Assembly (NCBI GenBank): GCA_963699755.1 | Contig: CAVOVB010000001.1 | Coordinates: forward strand, 1,632,001-1,696,000 | From: an uncultured delta proteobacterium | GTDB taxonomy: Bacteria > Myxococcota_A > Polyangia > Polyangiales > Houyiibacteriaceae | Reading direction: 5' to 3' | Length of the DNA stretch: 64,000 nucleotides | Shown: one piece after another, positions 19,439 through 30,527 of the stretch | Layout of the letters: every line of letters begins with the position of its first letter | How positions within the stretch are numbered: the first letter of the stretch is position 1 | Made by a program: the position numbers and the translations under genes | The notes under the pieces: generated by a model | The model's input: only the letters and a program-made list of their open reading frames with translations | What the model was told of the DNA's origin: nothing | Database searches by the model: none

Positions 19439-21136
19439 TCAGAGGCGGTACGGGAAGGTGACCTTGAACGATGACTGCTTGAACCGGGGAACGCGAGCGC
19501 GCTTCACCGCCGACTCGATGCAGGAGCCGACCGGGGTGCCTTTGAAGGGCCCTGAAGCGACCTTGGCGCCACTGGCGCGGCCGGTCTTTCCGCTGAACGT
19601 GACGTTGACGGTCGCTGTTCCGCCGCTGTCTTTCTTGCACGCCTTCACACCGCCACTCACACCCTGAAGCGCGGTCTTCACGTCGTCTCGTGACGGCGCG
19701 TCGGGTAGGCTGGAGCTGTCCCGGCTCGAGGATGTGCTGGTTTGCTTCGGCTTTGTCGTCGAAGACGAGCCTCCCACGACCTCGTCCATGAGTGCGTCGA
19801 GGTTGCCGCCGCGCTTCTTGGGCGCCGGCTCGGGCTCAGGCGACGCGCTCGTCGTGCTCTTGGCCGTTCGCGGCCGTCGCTGCGTGTTGCTTGCGCGTCG
19901 CTTCTGGGGCGCCGCCTCCACCAACTCGGGTGCGGGCTCCGGCGCGTTGTCCTCGATCGTTGCGGCTTCGATCGGCTCCGCGGCCTCTGCGGCAGCGAGC
20001 GCCTCATTCGGAAGCTCGACGGGCGCCTTTGCAGAGGCTGCGACTGCATTGGAGCCCGGGATCGCGGCGGCGGGTGCGGCTTGGTTTTCCGCCGTGATCT
20101 CGAGCGCGTCTTCCTCGGAGCCTCCGAGCGCCATCCCGACGCCGACTCCCGCGCCGACGATCGCGATGACCGCGATCGCGATGCCGCCGATCCAGAGCCA
20201 GCGGTTCCCGTATGCACTGTCATCGGGTGCCGGTCCGAGCAGCGGCGCGCCAAACGCAGCACCGCCACCGGTTCCGATGGCCAGAAGATCATCCACCGCC
20301 TGGGAAGGCGCAGCGCGGGTGCCCGGCGTCGTAGATTTCGCGAGCGCACGTATGTCGATGAGCCCCGAACCTTCCCCGGACGGAGGAGGGGCGCTTTGAG
20401 CGCCAAGTGACGCACTGGGAGGCTGGCTCACCATCGCAGCGGATTCAGCAGGCGAGCCGCCGCGCGACGCGAGCTGTTGCAGATTGCTCAACGAGAACAG
20501 AACCGAATTCTCATTGCGTTGGCCAGTCATACGCTGAGGTTCGGTCCCGCCCATCGAACCCCCTCCGAGCGAAGCGCCTGCATCCGGGGACGCTGCTGCC
20601 ATCGGTGGGCCTTCGACTCCAACCGGTGTCGGTGTCGGGCTCTCGTCAAAGCCGGCAAACATGCTGCTGTTCGTGTCGATCTCGCTCGTCGGCTCGCGGC
20701 CATCGTTGTTGCCGAAGAGATCACCACCTGTACCAAACCCCAACGTGTCGTCCGTTGCTGCCTGCGGTTTGGCCCGCGACGCGGCGCCGCCAAAGAGCTG
20801 CGCGATCTCGGGCACGTCGCTTGCGACCCTCCAGTCGTCGAAGCCTTCGTTCCAAACGTAGGACTCGAGACCAACGCTGCCCTTCGCAAACAGTTGACTG
20901 AGGTCTATCGGAGCCAAGGGCCCCTTCTGCTCACCGTCGACGACGATGTACCAAGTCGCTTCGCCTCCGCGATCCGATGTCGCGCTCTGTTCGTTGCCAG
21001 CGTTCGCGTTGTTCTGATCGCCGCGAACCTCGAGAACCGATGAGCACTTCTTGCATCGAATCTTGAAGATTTTTCCAGCGACCTTTTCGTCGGCGATGGA
21101 GTATTTCGCCCCGCAGCTATCGCAAACGATCTTCAT
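19439..21136 (-). CDS. GltJ/AgmX-like protein: zinc ribbon, GYF_2, TM, Pro/Ala linker, TonB_C-like domain
   Basis: MKIVCDSCGAKYSIADEKV..KIRCKKC, WYIVVDGEQKGP..VWNEGFDDW, RNENSVLFSL, C-terminal C..VTFPY. Confidence 0.8.
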   Translation of the reverse strand: MKIVCDSCGAKYSIADEKVAGKIFKIRCKKCSSVLEVRGDQNNANAGNEQSATSDRGGEATWYIVVDGEQKGPLAPIDLSQLFAKGSVGLESYVWNEGFDDWRVASDVPEIAQLFGGAASRAKPQAATDDTLGFGTGGDLFGNNDGREPTSEIDTNSSMFAGFDESPTPTPVGVEGPPMAAASPDAGASLGGGSMGGTEPQRMTGQRNENSVLFSLSNLQQLASRGGSPAESAAMVSQPPSASLGAQSAPPPSGEGSGLIDIRALAKSTTPGTRAAPSQAVDDLLAIGTGGGAAFGAPLLGPAPDDSAYGNRWLWIGGIAIAVIAIVGAGVGVGMALGGSEEDALEITAENQAAPAAAIPGSNAVAASAKAPVELPNEALAAAEAAEPIEAATIEDNAPEPAPELVEAAPQKRRASNTQRRPRTAKSTTSASPEPEPAPKKRGGNLDALMDEVVGGSSSTTKPKQTSTSSSRDSSSLPDAPSRDDVKTALQGVSGGVKACKKDSGGTATVNVTFSGKTGRASGAKVASGPFKGTPVGSCIESAVKRARVPRFKQSSFKVTFPYRL

Positions 21137-21316
21137 CTATTGCCCCCGTCTCCTCTCCCCCCAAGAGCGCTCGACAGACACCTCGAGCTGCTCCGGATCG
21201 AAGAATCCCCTTTAGGACCGCGATCATAGCGGTCCTTTCCTATGCCAAGCAAGAAGTCCACCAAGGTTGTTCCCGCGTCATTGGACCCCGGCTCCTTGGA
21301 ATCCTTGGCCTTTTTT

Positions 21317-21829
21317 TCAGTTTACCACCACGAGCTCGGTGCCGTCCTGGCCGCAGAACAGGTGGACCGAAGCGTGGCGAATCCCACATTCCGGGCAGAT
21401 CTTGTGCGTGTCGAGCCTCAGGGGAGGGCGGGTCGAGCTCGCGGCACCGTAGAGGCCATATGGCACCAATTCGTCCGCATCTTCAGGGCAATAGCTCGAA
21501 TCAAAGGGATAGCCGCGCCGGCAGGTCGGGCAGATCATGCCCTGCGCGAACGGCCCCGAGGCATGGCCTTCCATCAGCTCGGCCCCGTCCCGGACACAGA
21601 AGCGATTCTGGGTCGGATACTCCGAGAGACACACCGGGCAGCTCTTGAATGGGGCGGGGTCGGGCTCCTCCGCCGGCTGCGAGGCGCGAGCTCGGGGGCT
21701 TTCTCCCTGCAGGTCGGGACGCTTGCCACCGGGCGGCTCTTTCGACTGCCTCTGCCGACCGCGCCGGAGCCGTGCCGGCACCACCAACGCGACAGCGAGC
21801 ATCACCAAAGCAGCGACGGACCAGGCCAT
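21317..21829 (-). CDS. Membrane-anchored triple zinc-ribbon protein
   Basis: N-terminal TM and three CPxC-x10-CxxD repeats. Confidence 0.75.
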   Translation of the reverse strand: MAWSVAALVMLAVALVVPARLRRGRQRQSKEPPGGKRPDLQGESPRARASQPAEEPDPAPFKSCPVCLSEYPTQNRFCVRDGAELMEGHASGPFAQGMICPTCRRGYPFDSSYCPEDADELVPYGLYGAASSTRPPLRLDTHKICPECGIRHASVHLFCGQDGTELVVVN

Positions 21830-21886
21830 CTCGGAATTGTGCAGGATCGGCAAGCCCCGGGGCCATAAAAACGCAATCCGCGACGC

Positions 21887-21920
21887 AAAAGCCCGGGACG
21901 CTTGGCGACCCGGGCTTCTT
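21887..21920 (-). terminator. Intrinsic terminator downstream of etfA (possibly bidirectional)
   Basis: AAAA-GCCCGGG...CCCGGGC-TTCTT. Confidence 0.7.
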
Positions 21921-21945
21921 CTGTGGAGCGCTACCGCCGAGAGGC

Positions 21946-22908
21946 TTAGAGCTTTTTGACCGCCTCGGTGAGTGCAGGGACCGTGTCGAATAGATCGGCG
22001 ACCAGGAAGTAGTCCGCGACCTGGGCGATCGGCGCTTCCTTGTCCTTGTTGATCGCGACGATGGTCTTGCTCCCCTTCATCCCAGCCAAGTGCTGGATCG
22101 CTCCCGAGATGCCGATGGCAACGTAGAGCTTCGGCGCGACGACCTTACCCGTCTGACCGACCTGGAGCTCCGGGGCCACGTAGCCGGCGTCGCATGCCGC
22201 ACGCGACGCGCCCATCGCGGCGCCGAGCGCATCGACGAGTGGCTCGATGACGTTGGTGAAGTTCTCCGCGCTCTTGAGCGCACGGCCTCCCGAAACGACG
22301 ATGTCGGCATCGCCAAGATCGGGTCGTTCGCTCTTGACGACCTCGACCCCAAGGAACTCGACCTTGTCCGCGGCCGGGTCGGTCTGCACGGCGATGTCTT
22401 CCGAGGGGCTCGTACCTCCCGAAGCCGCGGCCGGCTCGAACTCCGACTGGCGAACGGTCACGACCTGCTTGTCGGTCAGAATCTCGACTGTGCCAAACAT
22501 GTTGCCCGCGTACATCGGACGTGTGTACGACAGCTTGCCGCCGTCGGTATGGACTTCGGAGATGTCCGAGGCGACGCCCGCGCCGAGCTTGGCAGCCACC
22601 CGCGGGAGCAAGTCCTTGCCGTACGCGCTGGCACAAGCGACGAGAACATCATAGCCCTTGCCCGCTTCTGCGACGGTCGCCGCGTACTTCTCGCAGGTGT
22701 AGCCGCCCGCAATCTCCGCCTTCAGCACCTTGCCTGCGCCGTATCCCGTCAGCTCGTCTGCTGCGGCGCCTGCGCCTTCTCCGATCGACAGGATGTCGAA
22801 CGAACCGCCGGTTTCTCCCGCGATTTGTTTCGCGGCGGTGACCGCACAAAGAGTGGTTTTGCGTGCCTTGCCCTCAAGCAACTCCGCAACAACGAGAACA
22901 TTAGCCAT
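21946..22908 (-). CDS. etfA: Electron transfer flavoprotein alpha subunit
   Basis: [43 protein letters not shown]. Confidence 0.96.
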   Translation of the reverse strand: MANVLVVAELLEGKARKTTLCAVTAAKQIAGETGGSFDILSIGEGAGAAADELTGYGAGKVLKAEIAGGYTCEKYAATVAEAGKGYDVLVACASAYGKDLLPRVAAKLGAGVASDISEVHTDGGKLSYTRPMYAGNMFGTVEILTDKQVVTVRQSEFEPAAASGGTSPSEDIAVQTDPAADKVEFLGVEVVKSERPDLGDADIVVSGGRALKSAENFTNVIEPLVDALGAAMGASRAACDAGYVAPELQVGQTGKVVAPKLYVAIGISGAIQHLAGMKGSKTIVAINKDKEAPIAQVADYFLVADLFDTVPALTEAVKKL

Positions 22909-22938
22909 GTCTGATGCTTCCTTTCCGTTTCTCGAGGG

Positions 22939-23790
22939 TTAGATGACCTTGGCGGTGTTGTGGAGCTTGTCGACGAGGTCCGCGACGTCCTCGACAAACG
23001 TAGTCTGGCCCGAGCGCGCCGGCGGCAGCTCGAACTTCGTGTAGTTGAGCGACTTCGCGGTGTCGACGCCGAGGTCCCCGAGCGACATCTGGTCGATCGG
23101 CTTCTTCTTGGCCTGCATGATCCCCTTGAGCGAGGCGTAGCGGCCGCCGACTTCGAGTTTTGCGTACTGGTGGTCGTCGGGAGTCACGCCATTTTTGACC
23201 GATTCCGGTTGCAGGATGCGGTCGGAAGTGGTGATGACCGCCGGACCGGTGACTTTCACCGTCGCAACGCCAGTATCGAGCTCGCGCTTGACCTCCAGGG
23301 TCTTGCCGTCATCGCTGGTCTGAATCTTCATTGCAGAGTTGATGACCGGCCAGCCAAGCTTCTCCGCGAGCTCGGTGCCGGCGACGTTCGAATCGCCGTC
23401 AGCTGCCTGCTTGCCCATCACGACCAGGTCCGGGCTCTCTTTGTCCACGATGGCCTTGAGGATCGTGGAAACGACGCCGGCGTCGAGATTGCCCTCGTCC
23501 GCTTCGACCAGGATGCCGCGCTCGGCGCCCTTGGCGAGACCTTCACGGATGATCCGCTGCGTGTGCTCGTCGTTCGGGCCGATCGAAACCAGCACGACCT
23601 CACCGACGCGCGCGTTTTTCTCGGCGGCGTTTTCGGTCAATCGCAGCGCAGCTTCGAGGCTCCAGTCATCGAAGGGATTCATCTTCCATTCGAGGCCTTC
23701 GGATGTGACGGCGGTGCCGTCGCTGCTCACCTTGAGCTTGCTTGCGTTGTCCGGATCCGCAACGCGCTTGATGGATACGAGGATCTTCAC
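22939..23790 (-). CDS. etfB: Electron transfer flavoprotein beta subunit
   Basis: KILV.IKRV.D, MNPFD, GKQAADGDS, RYASLKGIMQAKKKP; GAGGAGG RBS and GTG start. Confidence 0.95.
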   Translation of the reverse strand: MKILVSIKRVADPDNASKLKVSSDGTAVTSEGLEWKMNPFDDWSLEAALRLTENAAEKNARVGEVVLVSIGPNDEHTQRIIREGLAKGAERGILVEADEGNLDAGVVSTILKAIVDKESPDLVVMGKQAADGDSNVAGTELAEKLGWPVINSAMKIQTSDDGKTLEVKRELDTGVATVKVTGPAVITTSDRILQPESVKNGVTPDDHQYAKLEVGGRYASLKGIMQAKKKPIDQMSLGDLGVDTAKSLNYTKFELPPARSGQTTFVEDVADLVDKLHNTAKVI

Positions 23791-23847
23791 ACTTCCTCCT
23801 CAGATCGTTGAGCCGTGAAAGGCTGTTAACTGCTGAAAATCGCAGGC

Positions 23848-23876
23848 GATCTAGGAGCGTTTTGGAGGGCTGTCAA
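23848..23876 (-). promoter_or_regulatory. Candidate sigma70 promoter of etfBA
   Basis: TTGACA-N17-TAGATC on the minus strand. Confidence 0.55.
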
Positions 23877-23941
23877 GGAGCGCGGCCCGGCGCCCGGCCC
23901 TCGGTGCCTTTCACCCCGCTTCGCTGTGCTAGAAGCCCATC

Positions 23942-24805
23942 GTGCGCGAGGAAACCAAAGCCACTCGCTTCGCCTTGGTGACCGGTGGGAGCAGCGGCAT
24001 CGGTCTCGAAACCGCGCGTGGCCTTAGCTCGCGCTTCGATGTCGTGGGCATCGTTGGGCGGAATGCGGAGCGCCTCGCAGACGCCGCCAAAGCGCTGCGT
24101 TCCGGTTCAATCGGGCGCATCGAGACCTTTCGGGCAGATTTCTCTTCGTTGGCACAAGTGCAGCGATTGGCCTGGGAGGTCAGAAACCGTTTCGGATCGC
24201 TCGATGTCCTAGTCAACAACGCTGGCGTCTGGCACAGAGAACGCACGGTCAGCAAAGACGGATACGAGGACACCTTCGCCGTGAACCACCTCGCCCATTT
24301 CCTGCTCACGAACGAGCTGAGGGACACACTTCGCGCCAGCGGTAGAGCGCGGGTCGTGAACGTTTCCTCTTCGATGCACGTCCGACCGAAGTCCCTCAAC
24401 TGGGATGACCTGACGTTCGAGAAGCGCTGGCGGGGCTTCTGGGTCTACGGGCACTCCAAGCTTGCGAACATCCTTTTTTCGAACGAGCTCGCGCGCCGTT
24501 GGAAGGACTTCGGGATCACCTCCAACGCCCTCAACCCAGGCAACGTCCGCAGTCGTATCACGCGGAACAACATGTTCCTCAACGCGCTCCACCGCTCGCC
24601 CCTTGCGCGGATGATCGTCATGTCCGAGGCCGAGGGCGCCAAGACTTCGATCTACGTGGCAACAGCGCCCGAGCTCGAAGGCGTCACAGGCCGGTACTTC
24701 GACAGAGTGCGTGAGGCCAAGGCAAGCCGCGCCTCGGCAGATGAAGAAGCAGCGCAGCAGCTCTGGGAGCGGAGCCAAGAGATGATCGATGCCGTGGTCG
24801 GTTAG
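23942..24805 (+). CDS. Short-chain dehydrogenase/reductase (retinol-DH/WWOX-like)
   Basis: TGGSSGIG, NNAG, VNHLAHFLLT, YGHSK (YxxxK). Confidence 0.92.
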   Translation: MREETKATRFALVTGGSSGIGLETARGLSSRFDVVGIVGRNAERLADAAKALRSGSIGRIETFRADFSSLAQVQRLAWEVRNRFGSLDVLVNNAGVWHRERTVSKDGYEDTFAVNHLAHFLLTNELRDTLRASGRARVVNVSSSMHVRPKSLNWDDLTFEKRWRGFWVYGHSKLANILFSNELARRWKDFGITSNALNPGNVRSRITRNNMFLNALHRSPLARMIVMSEAEGAKTSIYVATAPELEGVTGRYFDRVREAKASRASADEEAAQQLWERSQEMIDAVVG

Positions 24806-24844
24806 CCGCGCCGCGGCGGAGCGCAAAGACCCGACAACGGAGGG

Positions 24845-25678
24845 TCAATCTTCGAGCGGGTTCTCGAACTCTGGACTTAGCGTCTTGAGTGGGTGGCGCG
24901 CGGTGACTTGTCCCATGAAGGGCGGATGAATCGAGTAACCCAGCATGGCCTGCACGCGCGGCGACATGTGCGCGACCTTCTCGGCAGGGACCGCCAGAAA
25001 GAAATTCTCCTGGGTGCGCGCCCAGGGCTGGCAGTACTGATTGCTGATCGCTCGGCGCACCGCGCTTGAACGATTCGTGCCGCCGCGGTGCACGAGCGTT
25101 CCGGCAAACACGGCGCACGAGCCTGCCGACATGGTCAGCGGCCGAAGCTGCGCCTGGTGGTGCGGCGCCAACCCATCGGCATCATCGCGGTCGTAGAACT
25201 TGCCGAGCTCCTCGTCCGTCCAGCGGTGACTCCCTGCGATGACTTCCGTTGCGCCGTTCGTTTCGGTGAAGTCGTCGATGGCCCACATGGTCGAGACGCT
25301 GACCGCGGGACGTGGCCGCGGGATGGTGTAAAACTCGTCGTCGCTATGCGCGGGTTGAGGAGTTTCGCCCGGTGCAATCGCGATCGCTTGATTCGCGGTG
25401 AGCAGATAGTTGGGTAGCAGGAGCTCGTCCATCATCGAAAGCACCACGGGATGCTCCACGAGCTTTTCGAATACCTTCCCGCGCGCCACCAATGTGTAGA
25501 CCCGCTGGGTCTTTGTACCCTCGAAGTCGTTGCGGCCCGACGGGCCTTGGGCGAGAAGCGGCGCGAGCGCATCGCGGACCTCCCTCAGCTCATCTTCGTT
25601 CAGCAAAGCGTCCAGTACGACATAGCCATTGGCATCGTAGGCTTCCTGCCAGGTCTGGTCTCGTCCTGAGGAAATCAT
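24845..25678 (-). CDS. Phytanoyl-CoA dioxygenase family (Fe/2OG)
   Basis: QPAHSDD (HxD), WAIDDFTETNGAT, LVHRGG. Confidence 0.9.
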   Translation of the reverse strand: MISSGRDQTWQEAYDANGYVVLDALLNEDELREVRDALAPLLAQGPSGRNDFEGTKTQRVYTLVARGKVFEKLVEHPVVLSMMDELLLPNYLLTANQAIAIAPGETPQPAHSDDEFYTIPRPRPAVSVSTMWAIDDFTETNGATEVIAGSHRWTDEELGKFYDRDDADGLAPHHQAQLRPLTMSAGSCAVFAGTLVHRGGTNRSSAVRRAISNQYCQPWARTQENFFLAVPAEKVAHMSPRVQAMLGYSIHPPFMGQVTARHPLKTLSPEFENPLED

Positions 25679-25708
25679 GGTTTTGGGCTCGCCTCCCGAT
25701 GCACTCCG

Positions 25709-26287
25709 CTAGCGCTGACGAAGACCTTCGAGAAAGAGGCTGGCGCAATGTGCAGCGGCTTTGCGCAGCGCGGCCGGGTCACCTTCCCCTAGCGCCCAGG
25801 TGAGCAAAATCGCATCCAAGGCGCCGAACAAGCTTCGCGCGACGATGCGAGGATTGAGGTCTTTGCGAAACGCGCCTTCTTTCTGCCCGTCGCGCACGAC
25901 CCCTGCGATCACATCGATGTACTGCATGAAGAGCGGTGTCGCGTACTGCTTGAGGAGGCGCGACGATTGCCGAAGGTTCACCGTGATCACCTCGGCCAAG
26001 TCGCGCTGCTCCTCGAGCAAGCCGAGCTGCAGCTCGATGATTCGGCTGATGCGTTTCTCAAACGAGTCCTCGGATTCCGCGACTTTGCGCAGGATCGTCA
26101 GCAGCTGCTCGATCCCTTCCTCGAAGATGGTGATGAGGACATCGTCCTTGTTCTTGAAGTAGAGGTAGATCGTGCCGTCCGCGACGCCGGCAGCCTTTGC
26201 AATCTCGCTGACCCGAGTCGCGTAGAAGCCGTTCTTGGCGAAAACCTGAATCGCGGCCTTGAGGATCCGGTCCCGTTTCTCCGGCAT
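25709..26287 (-). CDS. TetR-family regulator (FadR/YsiA-like)
   Basis: KRDRILKAA..FAKNGFY...IAKAAGVADGTIYLYFKNKDD; start placed at MPEK. Confidence 0.92.
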   Translation of the reverse strand: MPEKRDRILKAAIQVFAKNGFYATRVSEIAKAAGVADGTIYLYFKNKDDVLITIFEEGIEQLLTILRKVAESEDSFEKRISRIIELQLGLLEEQRDLAEVITVNLRQSSRLLKQYATPLFMQYIDVIAGVVRDGQKEGAFRKDLNPRIVARSLFGALDAILLTWALGEGDPAALRKAAAHCASLFLEGLRQR

Positions 26288-26311
26288 GGAGCCTTTTCGC
26301 TTCTTGGCCGT

Positions 26312-26329
26312 TGAATGAACCACCATTCA
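26312..26329. promoter_or_regulatory. Palindromic candidate TetR/FadR-type operator
   Basis: TGAATG-N6-CATTCA just upstream of the TetR start. Confidence 0.6.
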
Positions 26330-26481
26330 TTTTCCGGTACCACAGGCTTACGCTCCCCGTCAAACCAGGTCTCCCGCCATCGCGAAGATGGAACCCAGTG
26401 CTACGGAATCATGGGGTTTTGGGCCCCAAGGGCCCGTAGGTTTTTTGCCTGCGCTGGCCGCGCCCCGTAGCTTCGGAGACG

Positions 26482-26850
26482 ATGCTGCAAGGCGCACACC
26501 GTGAAACTCTTCTTCCGGTGGCGCTCTACGCCGAGCTCGTCGCCGATGACGAGGTCTTGCCGGCCTTCGTGACCAGCCTCGGGGAGCACGGCTTGATGCT
26601 CGATTCGCTGGCGATTCTGGGCAATCGGAGCAGCGACCGTTTGCAAATTCGGCTCACCCTCCCGGGGGAGCCAGAGCCGCTGTGGATTGGCGCAGAGGTC
26701 GTTCGCGATACGCATGGTTTCCTCTTCAACGATACGGCCATTCGTTTCTTGGCCATGGCGAACGCGCATTGGCATTCGCTTCGTCGCTGGGTTCGTGTCC
26801 GAGAGCTCGTCTTGGCGACCCGACCGGTCGGCATCCACGACGCCGCTTAG
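26482..26850 (+). CDS. PilZ-like domain protein (degenerate)
   Basis: LTLPGEPEPLWIGAEVVR...AIRF.. barrel pattern; lacks RxxxR. Confidence 0.6.
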   Translation: MLQGAHRETLLPVALYAELVADDEVLPAFVTSLGEHGLMLDSLAILGNRSSDRLQIRLTLPGEPEPLWIGAEVVRDTHGFLFNDTAIRFLAMANAHWHSLRRWVRVRELVLATRPVGIHDAA

Positions 26851-26892
26851 TGAACACCTTTGAGCTCTGGTTGCTACCCTGAAAGAGGGGAC

Positions 26893-28139
26893 ATGGCAGT
26901 CAGTCTAGAGAGCGAGCCAGCACCAGGTTCATGTAGCCCGGATGCGCCGAGGACTCGGGCCCGTGCGCGTACACGCGCGCGGCTGAACCCGTTTGCCGGG
27001 GGCCTGCTGCCCACGGGTTCGCCCTTTGGCTGGAACGCCTGCGACCGCTCGCTCTACGTGCAGTTTCTCACCGCGCTTCTGATGCTGATCGTGGCCTTCT
27101 CCTTTGCCGCACTCGATGGCTGGCCCTTCCTGCTCCAGCGCCCCGACGACGAAGTGGCGTTGCGTACGACAACGAACCTCGCGATTGCCGCTCTGCTCTT
27201 CTGGCTCGGATTCTACGCCTGGACTCGGCGATTCTGCGTGCGTCGGGGGAGCAAAAACTCGCGGCTTCTCCTGGCCACCATCGCGGCGCACATCGTGACT
27301 GGGACGGCGGTCTGCTACGCGCTCGGTCCCGTATACAGCGGTCAGCGGCTTGATCACCGTGGCCGCGCTGCTTTTGGGAATGGTGCTTCTCGAGCGCCGC
27401 TGGCTCTGGATAGCCGTCGGGGCCTGGCTGCTGTCGATGTCCTGGATGCACCTGGCGAGCAGGGCTGGCCTGCTTCCGTTCTTGTCGTTGTTCGAGGTCT
27501 CGTTCGAGCAACCGGAGATCGCGAAGGTCGCCGCGGAGCGCGCCGTCGCCGCGGCGCTCATCTACATTCCGCTCGCGGTCGTCATGGATCACCTGATCCG
27601 CGTCTGGCGCGAGGACGAGCGGTCTGCTTTCCGACGCGGCGCAATTCGACTCGTTGACCGGCGCTTACACGCGGGGATTTGCCATGAGCGTCATGGAACG
27701 CGCCGTGCTCAAGGCCGGGCGTGACGGTGCACCATTGGCGGTCCTGATGCTGGACTTGGACCACTTCAAACGAATCAACGACGCGCACGGGCACGCACGT
27801 GGTGACCTGGTGCTCCGGCAAACGACCCGCGCGATGCAATCCGCTTTGCGCGCCGGTGACATGATCGGGCGTTTCGGAGGAGAGGAATTCGTCGTTCTCC
27901 TGCCAGGGGCAGACCTCAAGCAAGCGATGGGCGCGGCCGAGCGCTGCCGGGCCGCAGTTCAGATCATGAAGATCCCGAACGCGCCCTACCTGTCGGTGAC
28001 CGCGAGCGTCGGGGTGGCTGCGTTTCCCGAGCACGGAGAGGCGCTCGATGCGCTCCTCAAGGCGTCCGATAGCGCGATGTACAAGGCGAAGGCCAACGGC
28101 CGGAACAGGATTGAGACGGCTCCGGGTTCATCGGAGTAG
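26893..28139 (+). CDS. Membrane-bound diguanylate cyclase (GGDEF), two apparent frameshifts (~27328, ~27623)
   Basis: TM region spans three frames into DSLTG, DLDHFKRIND.HGH..GD, RAGD I-site and RFGGEEF. Confidence 0.85.
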
Positions 28140-28151
28140 CGAAAGGTAGTC

Positions 28152-28553
28152 ATGTGTAAAATTTTGTATGCAATTGGCCTGCTCCTCGTTTCAGGGGCGG
28201 CCGCGGGGTGTGGCGATGGCAGCACGGAGGCGGACCGGCTCGGGGTCGGCGCCCAGTGCACGGGGACCGCGGAGTGCCCGGCGGAGATGACCTTCGAGCT
28301 CGAGTGTCTCACTCAGTTCAAGGGAGGCTATTGCGGGCTTGCGGGCTGCGAGGGCGATGCGGACTGTCCTGCGGGTTCCGCCTGTGTGACCCACGATGAC
28401 CTCGAAAACTACTGCTTTCGGATCTGCCTGAATAAATCGGAGTGCAACGTGAATCGCGCCCCCGAGAATGAGTCCAACTGCTCCGCCAATATCGACTTCG
28501 TTGACCCACAGGGTGACCTGAAAGCGTGTGTGCCTCCGTCCTCAGGCCTTTGA
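28152..28553 (+). CDS. Cys-rich lipoprotein
   Basis: Lipobox AAGC followed by many Cys (GGYCG..GC..DADCP.GS.C). Confidence 0.8.
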   Translation: MCKILYAIGLLLVSGAAAGCGDGSTEADRLGVGAQCTGTAECPAEMTFELECLTQFKGGYCGLAGCEGDADCPAGSACVTHDDLENYCFRICLNKSECNVNRAPENESNCSANIDFVDPQGDLKACVPPSSGL

Positions 28554-28565
28554 GCCCCGATTCCC

Positions 28566-28594
28566 TTGACTTCGCGGGGGTCGGCACGTAGACC
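28566..28594 (+). promoter_or_regulatory. Promoter of the tRNA-tuf operon
   Basis: TTGACT-N17-TAGACC followed by a GC-rich discriminator. Confidence 0.6.
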
Positions 28595-28609
28595 AGCCGC
28601 CGCCGTCAT

Positions 28610-28682
28610 GCTGGCGTAGCTCAATTGGTAGAGCACCGGTTTTGTAAACCGGCGGTTATGAGTTCAAGTCTCATCGCCAGCT
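28610..28682 (+). tRNA. tRNA-Thr(TGT)
   Basis: Cloverleaf; anticodon arm CCGGT-TTTGTAA-ACCGG; GTTCAA T loop. Confidence 0.95.
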
Positions 28683-28706
28683 CTACTCGAAAACACGAAT
28701 GACCAT

Positions 28707-28792
28707 GGAGGGTTGCCCGAGCGGTCAAAGGGAGCAGACTGTAAATCTGCCGGCTTATGCCTACGGTGGTTCGAACCCACCACCCTCCACCA
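28707..28792 (+). tRNA. tRNA-Tyr(GTA)
   Basis: GCAGA-CTGTAAA-TCTGC, long variable arm, encoded CCA. Confidence 0.96.
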
Positions 28793-28813
28793 GGAGATGA
28801 AACAAACGATTAC

Positions 28814-28886
28814 GCGGGTGTAGCTCAGTTGGTAGAGCCTCAGTTTTCCAAACTGAATGTCGCCGGTTCGAGCCCGGTCGCCCGCT
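28814..28886 (+). tRNA. tRNA-Gly(TCC)
   Basis: TCAGT-TTTCCAA-ACTGA; acceptor stem GCGGGTG/CGCCCGC. Confidence 0.95.
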
Positions 28887-28903
28887 CCCGCAAATCAGAC
28901 TAT

Positions 28904-28975
28904 GCCCAGGTAGCTCAGTGGTAGAGCACCCCCTTGGTAAGGGGGAGGTCGTGAGTTCAAGTCTCATCCTGGGCT
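28904..28975 (+). tRNA. tRNA-Thr(GGT)
   Basis: CCCCC-TTGGTAA-GGGGG; acceptor stem GCCCAGG/CCTGGGC. Confidence 0.95.
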
Positions 28976-29036
28976 CCGCAGGTTTCGTGGGTTCAAGCAA
29001 CCACACTCAGAAGAACGACGAAGTAGGAAACGAACG

Positions 29037-30227
<1,191 letters not shown>

Positions 30228-30265
30228 CGCGGTGGACGTGAGACAGACAGGGACCCCGTAGAACA

Positions 30266-30427
30266 TTGAGTGACAGGCGGGTCAAGGTCGCGCTCGCGTG
30301 CGAAGACTGCGGGGCGCGCAACTACCAGACGACGAAGCTGAGAAAGCCCGGGCAGAAGGAGAGGCTGACGCTAAAAAAGTTCTGTCCCAAATGCAACCGG
30401 CGCACGGAACACAAAGAGAGTAAATAG
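30266..30427 (+). CDS. rpmG: 50S ribosomal protein L33, zinc-binding form (not in the ORF track)
   Basis: TTG start; MSDRRVKVALACEDCGARNYQTTK...LKKFCPKCNRRTEHKESK. Confidence 0.93.
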   Translation: MSDRRVKVALACEDCGARNYQTTKLRKPGQKERLTLKKFCPKCNRRTEHKESK

Positions 30428-30438
30428 GACCCGCATCT

Positions 30439-30512
30439 AGGCCAGTAGCTCCAATTGGTAGAGCAGCGGATTCCAAATCCGCGGGTTGTGGGTTCGAATC
30501 CCTCCTGGCCTG
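30439..30512 (+). tRNA. tRNA-Trp(CCA)
   Basis: GCGGA-TTCCAAA-TCCGC; canonical position between rpmG and secE. Confidence 0.95.
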
Positions 30513-30527
30513 CCGCGAGGAACAACG

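Noticed and set aside
26400..28990. Genomic island integrated at the tRNA cluster
   Set aside because: No integrase, no duplicated tRNA 3' end and no evident compositional shift
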